Shown: positions 9,948-19,260 of the stretch, in pieces
Numbering within the stretch: the first letter of the stretch is position 1
Layout: the number at the start of each line of letters is the position of its first letter
DNA from: Candidatus Poribacteria bacterium
GTDB taxonomy: Bacteria; Poribacteria; WGA-4E; PCPOR2b
DNA length: 64,000 nt
NCBI GenBank assembly: GCA_965218095.1
Contig: OZ244587.1
Location: forward strand, 4,544,001 to 4,608,000
Direction of reading: 5' to 3'
The notes under the pieces: model-generated
Database searches by the model: none
What the model saw: only the letters and a program-made list of their open reading frames with translations
What the model was told of the DNA's origin: nothing
Made by a program: the position numbers and the translations under genes

Positions 9948-10835
9948 TTAGGCGGTTACGGGGTAACGGGCTGGCAGCGTCGCTTTAACCTCAGAATTTA
10001 TCTGACAGTGCACCACATCACTTACTATGCGCACCATCGATTTCTCAGCGGAAGGACAGGGGGTAGTTGTCCGGGCAAGCCGAAAGCCGATAAAAGAGGT
10101 TTTGAGGCTAGGATAGAACTGAAGTCGAGAAGTGACAGCGCACCGATTGATGTCGTTTGTCCAAGCGCCGCCGCGGATAGTACGCCAGCTTCCCGTATCT
10201 GGTCCCTTGGGATTCCGTTTGGGATTGTAGGTGTAATAGGCGTCGCTATACCAATCCGCTGTCCATTCCCAGACGTTACCCCCCATGTCCATTGCACCGT
10301 AGTAACTCTTCCCATTGGGATAGCTTCCGACAGGCGCGATGCCGTTGTCATATCCATCTCCGCCGTTCCATGTGTTGGCGTAAGGGCGCAATGAATTGCC
10401 CCATGGCCAGAGTCGATCGGTGGGACCGCGGGCCGCCTTCTCTCATTCTGTTTCTGTTGGTAAACGCATGCCCGCCCATTCGGCATAAGCGAGGGCATCC
10501 TGCCAGGAAACCCCAACAACTGGATGACGTGGGAACTTTAACGCACGTTCAGGCCACGTCCCAATATCGTATTCGCTCGCAAAGTTCTCAGGCGTGTGTT
10601 TGCCAGTCGCCTGCCAGAACTGGTAGTACGCTTCGTTCGTCACTTCATATTTGCCGATATAGTAGGCATCAAGGTACACCTTGTGGGCGGGTTGTGCATC
10701 GAGACCACCCTTTTCACTTCCCATCGTAAATTCGCCGGCAGGGATGCGTATCATCTCCTCTTCAGCGGCGAAGGCGCACATTACCACGACGAGGGTAATT
10801 CCCAGACTCAGCAGGACATGTTTTGCGCTTCTCAT
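9948..10835 (-). pseudogene. Formylglycine-generating enzyme (SUMF1/FGE-sulfatase) family protein with a single in-frame TGA
   Basis: IPAGEFTMGS, EVTN, PVVGVSW, RLPTETE-TGA-EKAARG, DMGGNVWEW, GFR; TGA at 10443-10445 sits at the conserved Trp. Confidence 0.85.
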
Positions 10836-12013
10836 CATTGTGGTGTCTTCCCTTTAAGGCGTTTGTACATCTGATAATGTGCTTCAGCCAGCTTATCGTT
10901 ACCTGCCTTTTTGTATAGTTTCGCCAGATTGAAGTGATGATCAGGAACTTCAGGGGCAAATTCGACAGCTTTCAGGAACGCCTGAATCGCCTTCGGTATA
11001 TTACCCTGCATTGCATAGGTAACGCTGAGTGTATTGTATAAAGTTGCTTCATGCGGGCGGCGTTGAATCGCATTGAGCACCGCCTTTCGCGCTGATACAG
11101 GGTAGCCAAGCCTGATGAACGCCTCGCTCAGTTCATGATAAAATGAGGCGTTTGCGGGCGCTAATTCAATACATTTTTGAAACACCGGTATCGCCTCTGC
11201 ATAGTTTTTTCGACGCATCAATAACTCGCCCAATCTAGCCCAGCCCTCAATGTTGCCCGGTTCTGTCTGAGTGAGCCGACGGAAATGGTCATATTCCACA
11301 GATTCTTTTTGCAACCGTTGGAATCGAAGCATTTCAGTCCGCGCTTTCTCTCTCTCCCCCAAACGGAAATAGGCTGTGCCCAAACCGTGATGTGGCTGCG
11401 AATAGCGAGGCGAAAGCTGGATGGCTTTCTCGAAGTACAGTATCGCCTCCTTATGTTTTTTTTGATTAAGGTAAGCTATACCCAGTTCGTGGTATATATC
11501 TGGTGAGGTGGGCCTTAACTCAACTGCCTTTTTCAGCGTCTCTGCTGCTTCTGCAAACTGGCGCAACTTGACCTGAGCCTGTCCAAGCACATAGTACGCG
11601 CGAGCGTGCATTGGCGAGAGGGCGATAGCCTTCTGAAGGGCTTCCGATGCCTTTGCCCATTCACCGAGCGTTAAATAGGCTTGCCCCAGTGAATATAAAG
11701 CCTGTATATTGTCCGGCATTAGTTCCAGAGATCTTCGGTAGGCAGCCACAGCTTTGTTCCCGAAATCGATTTTCGCATAGACCATTCTCAGATGATGGTG
11801 GATTTCGTAGTGGTCTAGTTCAATCTTAAGCGCTTTTTCAAATTCTGTGGCAGCGGCCTGGCGCCCTCCATGGAATAGCCGTATGAATCCTCGTTCCACA
11901 TGGGTAATATATTCTAAATGGCGTGCCTCCACATCTGCGTGTCCTGTATTCAGGATTCCTAACAGCATAGAACACAAGCAGGTTATATACAGGAATCTTG
12001 TCGGTCTTCGCAT
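10835..12013 (-). CDS. Secreted TPR-repeat protein
   Basis: Signal peptide followed by many TPR units. Confidence 0.85.
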   Translation of the reverse strand: MRRPTRFLYITCLCSMLLGILNTGHADVEARHLEYITHVERGFIRLFHGGRQAAATEFEKALKIELDHYEIHHHLRMVYAKIDFGNKAVAAYRRSLELMPDNIQALYSLGQAYLTLGEWAKASEALQKAIALSPMHARAYYVLGQAQVKLRQFAEAAETLKKAVELRPTSPDIYHELGIAYLNQKKHKEAILYFEKAIQLSPRYSQPHHGLGTAYFRLGEREKARTEMLRFQRLQKESVEYDHFRRLTQTEPGNIEGWARLGELLMRRKNYAEAIPVFQKCIELAPANASFYHELSEAFIRLGYPVSARKAVLNAIQRRPHEATLYNTLSVTYAMQGNIPKAIQAFLKAVEFAPEVPDHHFNLAKLYKKAGNDKLAEAHYQMYKRLKGKTPQ

Positions 12014-12450
12014 GAATTAACACCTTATTCAAACTGACTGATGATGGTCGCTTATATTTACGCGCGCCCACCAAGATTAACAACCCGAAGGAGATAGGTT
12101 CACGCAATAAGTGGTACATCAGACACCACGGTAGCACCACAATAAAGTGTGGAATCGCCACACCGGCCGCCTTGGCGCCCATCATCCGTCATACATTTGT
12201 CATACAGATTTTTGTGCAATGGGTCAAGACGCCCATGACCATTAGATTGTCAGTGTCTTACAACGTCAGACAATTGACACTGCGTTGGACGTTTTTTGTG
12301 CCAAATGACCGTTTTTTGGCTCAAATGTACCTCCACACTTAGTTGCAGTGCTACCTCGGTATTACGTCCTGTTTGAAAGTGCTGATACTGTGACGGAAGT
12401 CATTTGCCATCCGCTTGAGGAATCTCTACGATTCGCGAAATGGTATAATC

Positions 12451-12479
12451 TTGACAGAATTAGAGATTGGCGCTATAAT
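12451..12479 (+). promoter_or_regulatory. Consensus sigma70 promoter upstream of the selenoprotein gene
   Basis: TTGACA (12451)-17 nt-TATAAT (12474). Confidence 0.75.
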
Positions 12480-12507
12480 TTCCGCATATCGATCGCCACA
12501 GTTTTAA

Positions 12508-12609
12508 ATCATCAATGAGCATGAGATGATTGTGTGGAAATTTCTCAATGAACGGCGGGGCGATCGCTTAGATCCTGCCAGGCTCGTCGATACCCTGAAA
12601 AAATTGTAG
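12508..12609 (+). pseudogene. 3' remnant of a redoxin paralog
   Basis: IINEHEMIVWKFLNERRGDRLDPARLVDTLKKL* resembles the C-terminus of the next gene (IVDENGVIRWKFVDVRLAGRLDPAKLVDALKKL*). Confidence 0.75.
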
Positions 12610-12621
12610 AAGGGAATCGCT

Positions 12622-14028
12622 ATGACAAATAAACTCATTTATCAAACATTGGTATTGATCCTCTTGGGGACTGTGCTGATTGTGTGGTTCGGTTGTGGTA
12701 GCAGTGATGATTCCAGCAGCGATAATCCCACGGTGGCAGAAAACGCATCAAGTGACGATTCGATTGCTGAAGTTGCAACCGGTAACCTCAAGGGACGGGT
12801 GGTACGGATTGAAGGCGTGCAGATCGACGTCCAAGTCCTGCAAGATGGCACCGTGATTGCCTCCACCGAAGCTAAGCCCGATGGAAGTTACCAGATCGAT
12901 AACATTAAATCTGGAACCTACACGGTTCAAATCACAGCGAAAGGCTATAAAGTTGTTGAGCAAACCGTGCAGGTCCGCGCGGGTGAAGTTCCGGTGCTGG
13001 ATAACGTAGCACTCGAAGCATTGGAAGCCCCCGTTACCCACATTCGTGGGCTTGTATTAGACCAAGAAACGAAGACCCTCCTCAACGGAGCCCGCGTTCA
13101 ACTCATCAATGAAGCGAGGGTTGTTCGCGAGGTACTGACAAAGCAAACGGGCGTCTTTGAATTTGAAAATGTTCCTGCGGATCAGCAATTCACTCTCATC
13201 ATTGATGGTGAGAAGTACGAGAAACAAGAAATTACCATCAACCCCATTCCCGCCGGTGAAACTGAGAAAGTCGAAGTGGAGCTTGTCCCCCTGCCCAGGA
13301 TACGAGGGCTCTTACTGGATCAAATAACGAAGGACGGTATCCAATCGGCTCATGTTCAACTCATCGAAATGAAGGGGATGATGAACTGGGGCGATGTTCG
13401 TGAGGCAGAGACAAATGCGCTGGGAGTGTTTGAATTTGAAAACGTTCCCACAGATCAGCAATTCGCTCTCATAATTGATATCGATGGATACCAGAAGCAA
13501 GAAATCACCATTAACCCCATTTCAGGCGGTGAAATTGCGAAGGTTGAAGTTGAACTCGTCCCCATTAATCCGGATCAACTCCCCATCGGCGATGGTTTGA
13601 GGGTCGGCGTGGAAGCCCCAGCTTTTAGTCTGCCCGATCAGGACGGAAAGATTCGGACCCTCGCCGATTACGCCGGACAGAAGGTTGTACTGGCTTTTGA
13701 TCGCGGTCGCTGGTGAATATTTTGTCTTGAGCAACTTGTAAAGTTGCAGAACGTTTATAAAGGGATTCAAGCTGAAGATGCAGAAGTGCTCTTTATTACT
13801 TCCGATGCACGACCTGCTGACTTTAAAACAGGCTTCCCAAAGCTCTTAGATCCGAAGACAAAGGCAATTGCGGCTTATAATGCTGCGGATCCCCGTAATC
13901 GCCGGATCGCGAGGCCACTGTACTATATCGTCGACGAAAATGGGGTAATTCGGTGGAAATTTGTCGATGTACGGCTGGCAGGTCGCCTAGATCCGGCTAA
14001 GTTGGTCGACGCGTTAAAAAAATTGTAG
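12622..14028 (+). CDS. Selenocysteine-containing lipoprotein: three carboxypeptidase-regulatory-like beta-sandwich repeats plus an AhpC/TSA (peroxiredoxin-like) domain, 468 aa
   Basis: Lipobox WFGC; APAFSLPDQDG..VVLAFDRGRW-TGA-IFC (UxxC), in frame with ORF 13744-14028; SECIS-like hairpin downstream. Confidence 0.85.
13731..13747 (+). promoter_or_regulatory. Putative bacterial SECIS element
   Basis: GCAACTT-GTA-AAGTTGC hairpin beginning 14 nt after the in-frame TGA (13714-13716), with G first in the loop. Confidence 0.7.
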
Positions 14029-14039
14029 GCGGAAGTTAT

Positions 14040-14195
14040 TATAACAAATAAACCAATTTATCTTGACTTGAGAGTTACGCTGATTATGTGGTCCGGTTGT
14101 GACAGCAGCGATAATCCCACAGTGACAGAAGACCCATCCGCCGGTAGCCTGAACGGGCAGGTGGAAGTGGTTGAAGGCGTACAGATCAACGCCCG
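14040..14195 (+). pseudogene. 5' remnant of another paralog of the 12622 lipoprotein
   Basis: Decayed copy of the gene start (ACAAATAAAC..., GGTTGT...AGCAGCGATAATCCCAC, GAAGGCGTACAGATC), ending just before IS5 copy 2. Confidence 0.7.
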
Positions 14196-14238
14196 CCCCA
14201 TCGTTAGAAATTCTTGACATGAAAAAAAAGATGTGCTA

Positions 14239-15064
14239 GGTTCTGTTGACATTTGAGTATAAGGTTGTGGCATAATAGAAGAATGATGCCAATAACCTTA
14301 CCCGATGACCAATGGAAAAAGATATACTCGTTTCTTCTAACTTGTCCCACCATCTATGTTGGCAACGAAGCGACAACACGCCGCTTTATCGAAACGGTTC
14401 TCTGGACGACCCGTAGCGGTGCTCAATGGCGGATTCTGCCAGACACCTATGGTAAATCGAACACCCTCTATAAGCGTTTTGCTCGGTGGTGCGACAAAGG
14501 GGTCTTCACACAGATGCCCCCCCACTTCGCCGCCGACCCCGATATCGAGTCGCTTATTGTTGACAGTACAATCATTCGAGCGCACTCGTCTGCGGCGGGT
14601 GCCGAAAAAAAAACGTTGGCACTGAAAACCAAGCGTTAGGCCGCTCTCGCGGGGGATTCAGTACAAAAATTCACATCACCGTTGACGGCCTGGATAATCC
14701 CCTAAGAATACATCTGACGCCCGGTCAAAGAAACGACATAGCGGAAGCGGAAGCAGAAGCGTTGATACTTGGATATAAAAGCGAGTATGTGATTGGAGAC
14801 AAGGGATATGACTCCGACAATTTTATCACCGTTATTGAGGCGAATGGAGCGATTGCGGTGATACCGCCCAAAAGTCATCGTGTGGATCAAAGAGATTACG
14901 ACAAACATCTGTACAAAGAGAGACATCTGGTTGAATGTTTCATTAACAAGATAAAATGGTATCGCCGCATCTTCTCTCGGTTCGAGAAGTTAGCTATCCG
15001 TTATTTTGGATTTCTCAGCTTTGTCTCCACTCTTATATGGTTCCCTTGAAATGTCAACAGAACC
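14239..15064 (+). mobile_element. IS5-family element, copy 2 (more diverged, A9 frameshift site)
   Basis: Same TIRs, TA flanks, transposase orfA/orfB. Confidence 0.92.
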
Positions 15065-15194
15065 TAAAATTAAACTATAGTCTCCCTTTTTTAGAGGGTG
15101 TGATATGCTCATAACACTCAAGGGAGGAATCACCAGTGCAAAAGGCGAAGGCGCCTATTGATGCCTCACTTTACTAAAAAGGAGGAAATTGAAG

Positions 15195-15821
15195 ATGCGA
15201 TTGGTAATGGGAATTACGCTAAGTATTTTGGTATTAGTTTGAATGTCTGCTCTTAGCCCGACTTATGCGGCGAAGGAGCACGTTCTTCGCATTGAACACT
15301 CAGGGAGGTTTCATCCAAAGGCTGAGATATGCTGTGGAGAAATGGGTATTGCGTTTGACGCCCTCTTTTTCCAAACGAAGGATGACGAGATAGTCGCTGT
15401 CGACGATAACGACAAGATTCCATCTGTGGCGGGCGAAGGTAATACGGACATAGAGTGGTTCGGCGAATGGAAGCATCACCACGCAGGATGGTTGGCGGAG
15501 AAGGGGTATAATTTGTCGTTCTCCTGGACCCATGATGGTAGGTGGGATTTTCAGGACTTACCGGCAGGGGCTTTGGAGTATACCTTCACCGATGACGATG
15601 GATTTACCCACGTGTGGGCGATGTTTAACGTGTTCAACAACAATGGGATATTTAACCTTCTTATCGATGGAGAACTCATCGCAGGGGTGGACGAGTATGC
15701 CCCTGCCGACAATGCAGGACCTGGTTATACAAACCCGGTATATAACATCGAAGATATTTTGAGCGTGGAGCCTGCCAACAAGCTGGCGGCTACCTGGGGT
15801 GAAATCAAGCGTCGTTATTAG
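15195..15821 (+). pseudogene. Secreted protein with a C-terminal SVEPANKLAATWGEIK motif; in-frame TGA in the signal peptide
   Basis: AAGGAGG SD, ATG 15195, MRLVMGITLSILVLV-TGA(15240)-MSALSPTYA; the rest of the frame is intact. Confidence 0.7.
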
Positions 15822-15857
15822 ATTGTAACTCAACTTTGTTCACAGGCGCTCAAGTTG

Positions 15858-15913
15858 ATGGGCGCAATCAGTCTGAAAAAGACTTACTATTACTGATTGC
15901 GCCCATTTTTATT
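15858..15913 (+). terminator. Intrinsic terminator
   Basis: ATGGGCGCAATCAGT...ACTGATTGCGCCCAT followed by a T-tract. Confidence 0.8.
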
Positions 15914-16121
15914 GTCAATTCCTGAACGGGTTTAACGAAAAAATCAGCCTGTCCGACCTGGTCGGATACAGCGACACACCTGCGGAGCATGTACAGGTAG
16001 ATTCCGTGAAGATAGACTCAGGAAACCCCACACTCACTGAGCTAACATCATTCTTGCCGAAGCTCAAAAAGAACGAACTGCGTTTGGGGTCGGCACTCCC
16101 TTCCATGGGGCATTTTGCGCT

Positions 16122-16547
16122 TTATTCCAGGCCGAGCTGGTGCATAAACGCTAGCATCTTTGCCTCCGCCTGCTGGGCAATCGGTTCCAGCGTTTCCGGA
16201 TCTATCGTTGTCTGCTGAATCCTTTCATCGGTGTTTGTAAAGAGACAAAAACCGAGGTTGTGCCTCAGATCATGCATTGCTTGCTCAACATGATCTCTGA
16301 CAGATCCAGGCCGGTAGTGCCACTGCCTTGCCTTGGTCTGTCTCAGGTTTATGTGGCAGTGCCCCTTTCCTTTTGTTTCTTTTGCCTCGCCAAAGCAGTC
16401 AAGACGCAAAATCTCCTGGTCATAGGCATACATAGATGCTGCGGGGCCGTACCCGGCGCGATCATCCCGCCAGTAGACTTTCAGTCGAACATTGTCTTGT
16501 ATCGGATATTCAACCAGATCGTTTCTTCCTTGTTGTTCTGGAGGCAT
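16122..16547 (-). CDS. Hypothetical protein (141 aa)
   Basis: AAAGGAG SD then ATG 16547; protein-like composition (LRLDCFG, GHCHIN). Confidence 0.65.
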   Translation of the reverse strand: MPPEQQGRNDLVEYPIQDNVRLKVYWRDDRAGYGPAASMYAYDQEILRLDCFGEAKETKGKGHCHINLRQTKARQWHYRPGSVRDHVEQAMHDLRHNLGFCLFTNTDERIQQTTIDPETLEPIAQQAEAKMLAFMHQLGLE

Positions 16548-16820
16548 CTTTTCTCCTTTCAATTGTATACTGCACAACGGCATAAACCGCGCTTTTGAAA
16601 TCATCCGCGAATAACGCGAATAGACACGAATTTTTATTCTTATTCGTGAAGATTGGCGAGACTCCCAAATCACACCACGATTTGAGGACGATTGAGTGGT
16701 TGGGGAGTCTCGATTCGCTGATAAAAAAAGCGCAATTTTACCCGGCGTTGAGTATGTCTCCCTGAATGTATGGTACAGTATATCAGTCTGAATGAGAAAA
16801 GTCAAGCGACTACCACTCCT

Positions 16821-17223
16821 ATTAGAAATTCCTCACGCATGGCGGCTAGCTGTTTGAGGCTCGTCTTCGCGGTGTCTTGAATCTCATCTGCTGTGTCCGC
16901 TGGCCGGACTTTAATTCCGATCCATCGTTGTCATCACACAGGTTGCTTCAACCACGTTTGTCTGCTGCCCTGCTTCTACATTTACGCTTCGATAGCATTC
17001 AACAAGACCAACCCCTTCTCCACGTTGACTCCCGGCGCACGCGGTAAAGGATCCGTGCTCACAGCGGAGTTTCCGCTCAATCACCTGCTGGATGTGACGG
17101 CTGAAGGCCGTTGCGGTACGGCTGTTTTGATACGGAAAATTGTACACCGCAACCGTCGATTCCGGATTGAACCCTTCAGCCATCGCACCCTTGATTAGCT
17201 GTAAACGTTTACGTGAGTTCATT
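16821..17223 (-). pseudogene. Degraded hypothetical protein
   Basis: AAGGAG SD then ATG 17223 (MNSRKRLQLIKG...); coding-like signal appears to shift frame downstream. Confidence 0.35.
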
Positions 17224-17335
17224 TGAGGTTCTCCTTCCTGATGTATGAAACGTATTGCGTAAAACGTAAAATTGCGTAAAACGTAAAACGACTCGTTGAT
17301 TTGTTCAAACTTGCGTAAAACAAAAGGAGTTAGAG

Positions 17336-18001
17336 ATGGAATGGAATAGCGAGACAGAACTTTTTGACATGATGGCAGAACAACTGTACGCCGCCGTGAT
17401 TGCAGACGCCCTGGATCGCATGGGGTATCGCAATCAGGCGATGCACCACAACATTCGTCCGTTATACACGGAAGTTGTTGTTGTTGGACGTGCAATGACC
17501 GTTTTAAGTGTAGATGTTTTTGAAATTCCCGACGAACCCTATCAGATGGAAATCGAGGCGGTGGACAACCTGAAGCCGAATGGTGTGCTGGTCTGCACGA
17601 CGAATCATTCAACCCGTCACTGTTTTTGGGGGGAACTCCTTTCGACGGCGGCAAGGGCGCGGGGTGCACGCGGCGCAATCATTGAGGGATTCATCCGCGA
17701 TACCAAACAGATTATGGCAATGCAATTTCCAGTGTTCATGACAGGGTTTTTGCCGTTGGATTCTAACGGGCGCGGCGATGTGTTGGCTTACGATGTCCCA
17801 ATCGTGTGTGGTGGCGTGCAGGTCAATCCGGGAGACATCGTTTTCGGGGATTACGATGGCGTGGTCGTCGTTCCCAGGGCAGTGGAAACGGACGTCATCG
17901 AAGCGGCGTTGGAAAAGGTCAGCGGTGAGAATCGCACCCGCGATGAGCTCCTTAAGGGTTTGACGTTGAAAGAAGTTTATGATAAGTACGGTATTTTGTA
18001 A
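17336..18001 (+). CDS. RraA / HMG-aldolase family protein
   Basis: AVIADALD, VGRAMT, WGELLSTAARARGARGAIIEGFIRD, V.PGDIVFGDYDGVVVVP. Confidence 0.9.
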   Translation: MEWNSETELFDMMAEQLYAAVIADALDRMGYRNQAMHHNIRPLYTEVVVVGRAMTVLSVDVFEIPDEPYQMEIEAVDNLKPNGVLVCTTNHSTRHCFWGELLSTAARARGARGAIIEGFIRDTKQIMAMQFPVFMTGFLPLDSNGRGDVLAYDVPIVCGGVQVNPGDIVFGDYDGVVVVPRAVETDVIEAALEKVSGENRTRDELLKGLTLKEVYDKYGIL

Positions 18002-18037
18002 TGATGTAGCTATATAATTCACGAAAGGAGAAGATCT

Positions 18038-18367
18038 ATGATTTATGAACTGCGCATCTACCAGGTCGTTCCCGGAAAGATGAAGGAACTCAACAATCGT
18101 TTTGCCAATATGACGATACACCTATTCGAGAAACACGGCATGAAGGTGGTTGGGTTCTGGGAAACCGCAATCGGTGAGGCAACGACGACGGAGTTGATTT
18201 ACATGCTCGTCTTTGAAGACCTCGGCCACTATCAACGGGCGTGGGATGCCTTTATCACCGATCCGGAGTGGCAGGAAGCCAAACGGCAGACGGAGGTTGA
18301 TGGGCCATTGGTGAACATCGCGGGATCAAAAATCCTCGAACCGACAGATTATTCCCCTATGCAATGA
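18038..18367 (+). CDS. NIPSNAP family protein
   Basis: MIYELRIY..PGK, FEKHG..VVGFW, AWDAF..DPEW, LEPTDYSP. Confidence 0.92.
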   Translation: MIYELRIYQVVPGKMKELNNRFANMTIHLFEKHGMKVVGFWETAIGEATTTELIYMLVFEDLGHYQRAWDAFITDPEWQEAKRQTEVDGPLVNIAGSKILEPTDYSPMQ

Positions 18368-18374
18368 TGAGGTA

Positions 18375-18677
18375 TTACGAGAGAAAGCATTTGCCGAAGG
18401 CCAAGAGCAAGCGCGACGCCCCTTTGAGCTGAATTTTCTGGCGAAGCAACTCCCAGACGATATGCTGCTCTTTGGCGAGGAATTTGAGCCAGGTTCGACT
18501 ATCGGCAGTAACATGCAAATCAGGGATATAGATGGTGAAACCCTTCGATAATTCGGGCATCACTTTATCGAAGTATTCAGATTGCGTCCGAAGTGTATGC
18601 AGCAGAAGCAGATTCGGTCCACCTCCGGTCGTTCGGTATCGAATACTTTGACCGTTTACTTCAAGTCGATTTGTCAT
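18375..18677 (-). pseudogene. Alpha/beta hydrolase fragment
   Basis: N-terminus IRYRTTGGGPNLLLLH...YIPDL; the nucleophile region is missing. Confidence 0.65.
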
Positions 18678-18725
18678 GACAACATTTCCTTAATATAAAT
18701 GTATATGCACCTATTTTCTAAAAAA

Positions 18726-19166
18726 TTAAACTTTCTGAGCGATTGTGACTGATTCTGACAGGAGTCCTAGCAAACTGTCTAAAGTCTCTTGTCCCAAGCC
18801 CTCCACCATTTTCGCCTGTGCTTTTTCCCAAAGTAGCAGCGCCTCAACTAAGGTCGTTTGCCCCTGACTTGTCAGCCTTACCAATCGCGTGCGTCGATCC
18901 TCACCCGTTGTGCTCTCAATCAAGCCACCCTTTTCGAGCGGCTTGAGGTTGCGCGTCAACGTGGTTCGATCCATCACTAACTCCTCCGCCAACGCCTTAA
19001 TGGTCATTTGACCTATCAACGAAATTGTCGCAAGCACAGTAAACTGTGTCACTCGCAGTCCGCTGGGTTGCAACATCTCATCGTAGAGTTGCGTAATTGC
19101 CCGAGATCCCTTTCGGAGGTTGGCACAGGCACAAAATCTGACGTGGGATAAGTTTAACTCGTTCAT
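18726..19166 (-). CDS. MarR family transcriptional regulator
   Basis: CACANLRKGSRAITQLYD, TQFTVL, LAEELVMDRTTLTRNLKPLE, DRRTRLVRLT. Confidence 0.92.
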   Translation of the reverse strand: MNELNLSHVRFCACANLRKGSRAITQLYDEMLQPSGLRVTQFTVLATISLIGQMTIKALAEELVMDRTTLTRNLKPLEKGGLIESTTGEDRRTRLVRLTSQGQTTLVEALLLWEKAQAKMVEGLGQETLDSLLGLLSESVTIAQKV

Positions 19167-19260
19167 TTGGATTCCTTCAAAAGGTGTATACACACGTATT
19201 ATACATGTCTTCGTTGAGTTTGTCAACCAGGATTTTTCTTTTACTGATTCACCGAGCGTT

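Noticed and set aside
10443-10445. Selenocysteine in the FGE-family gene
   Set aside because: The TGA aligns with a conserved Trp, not a Cys
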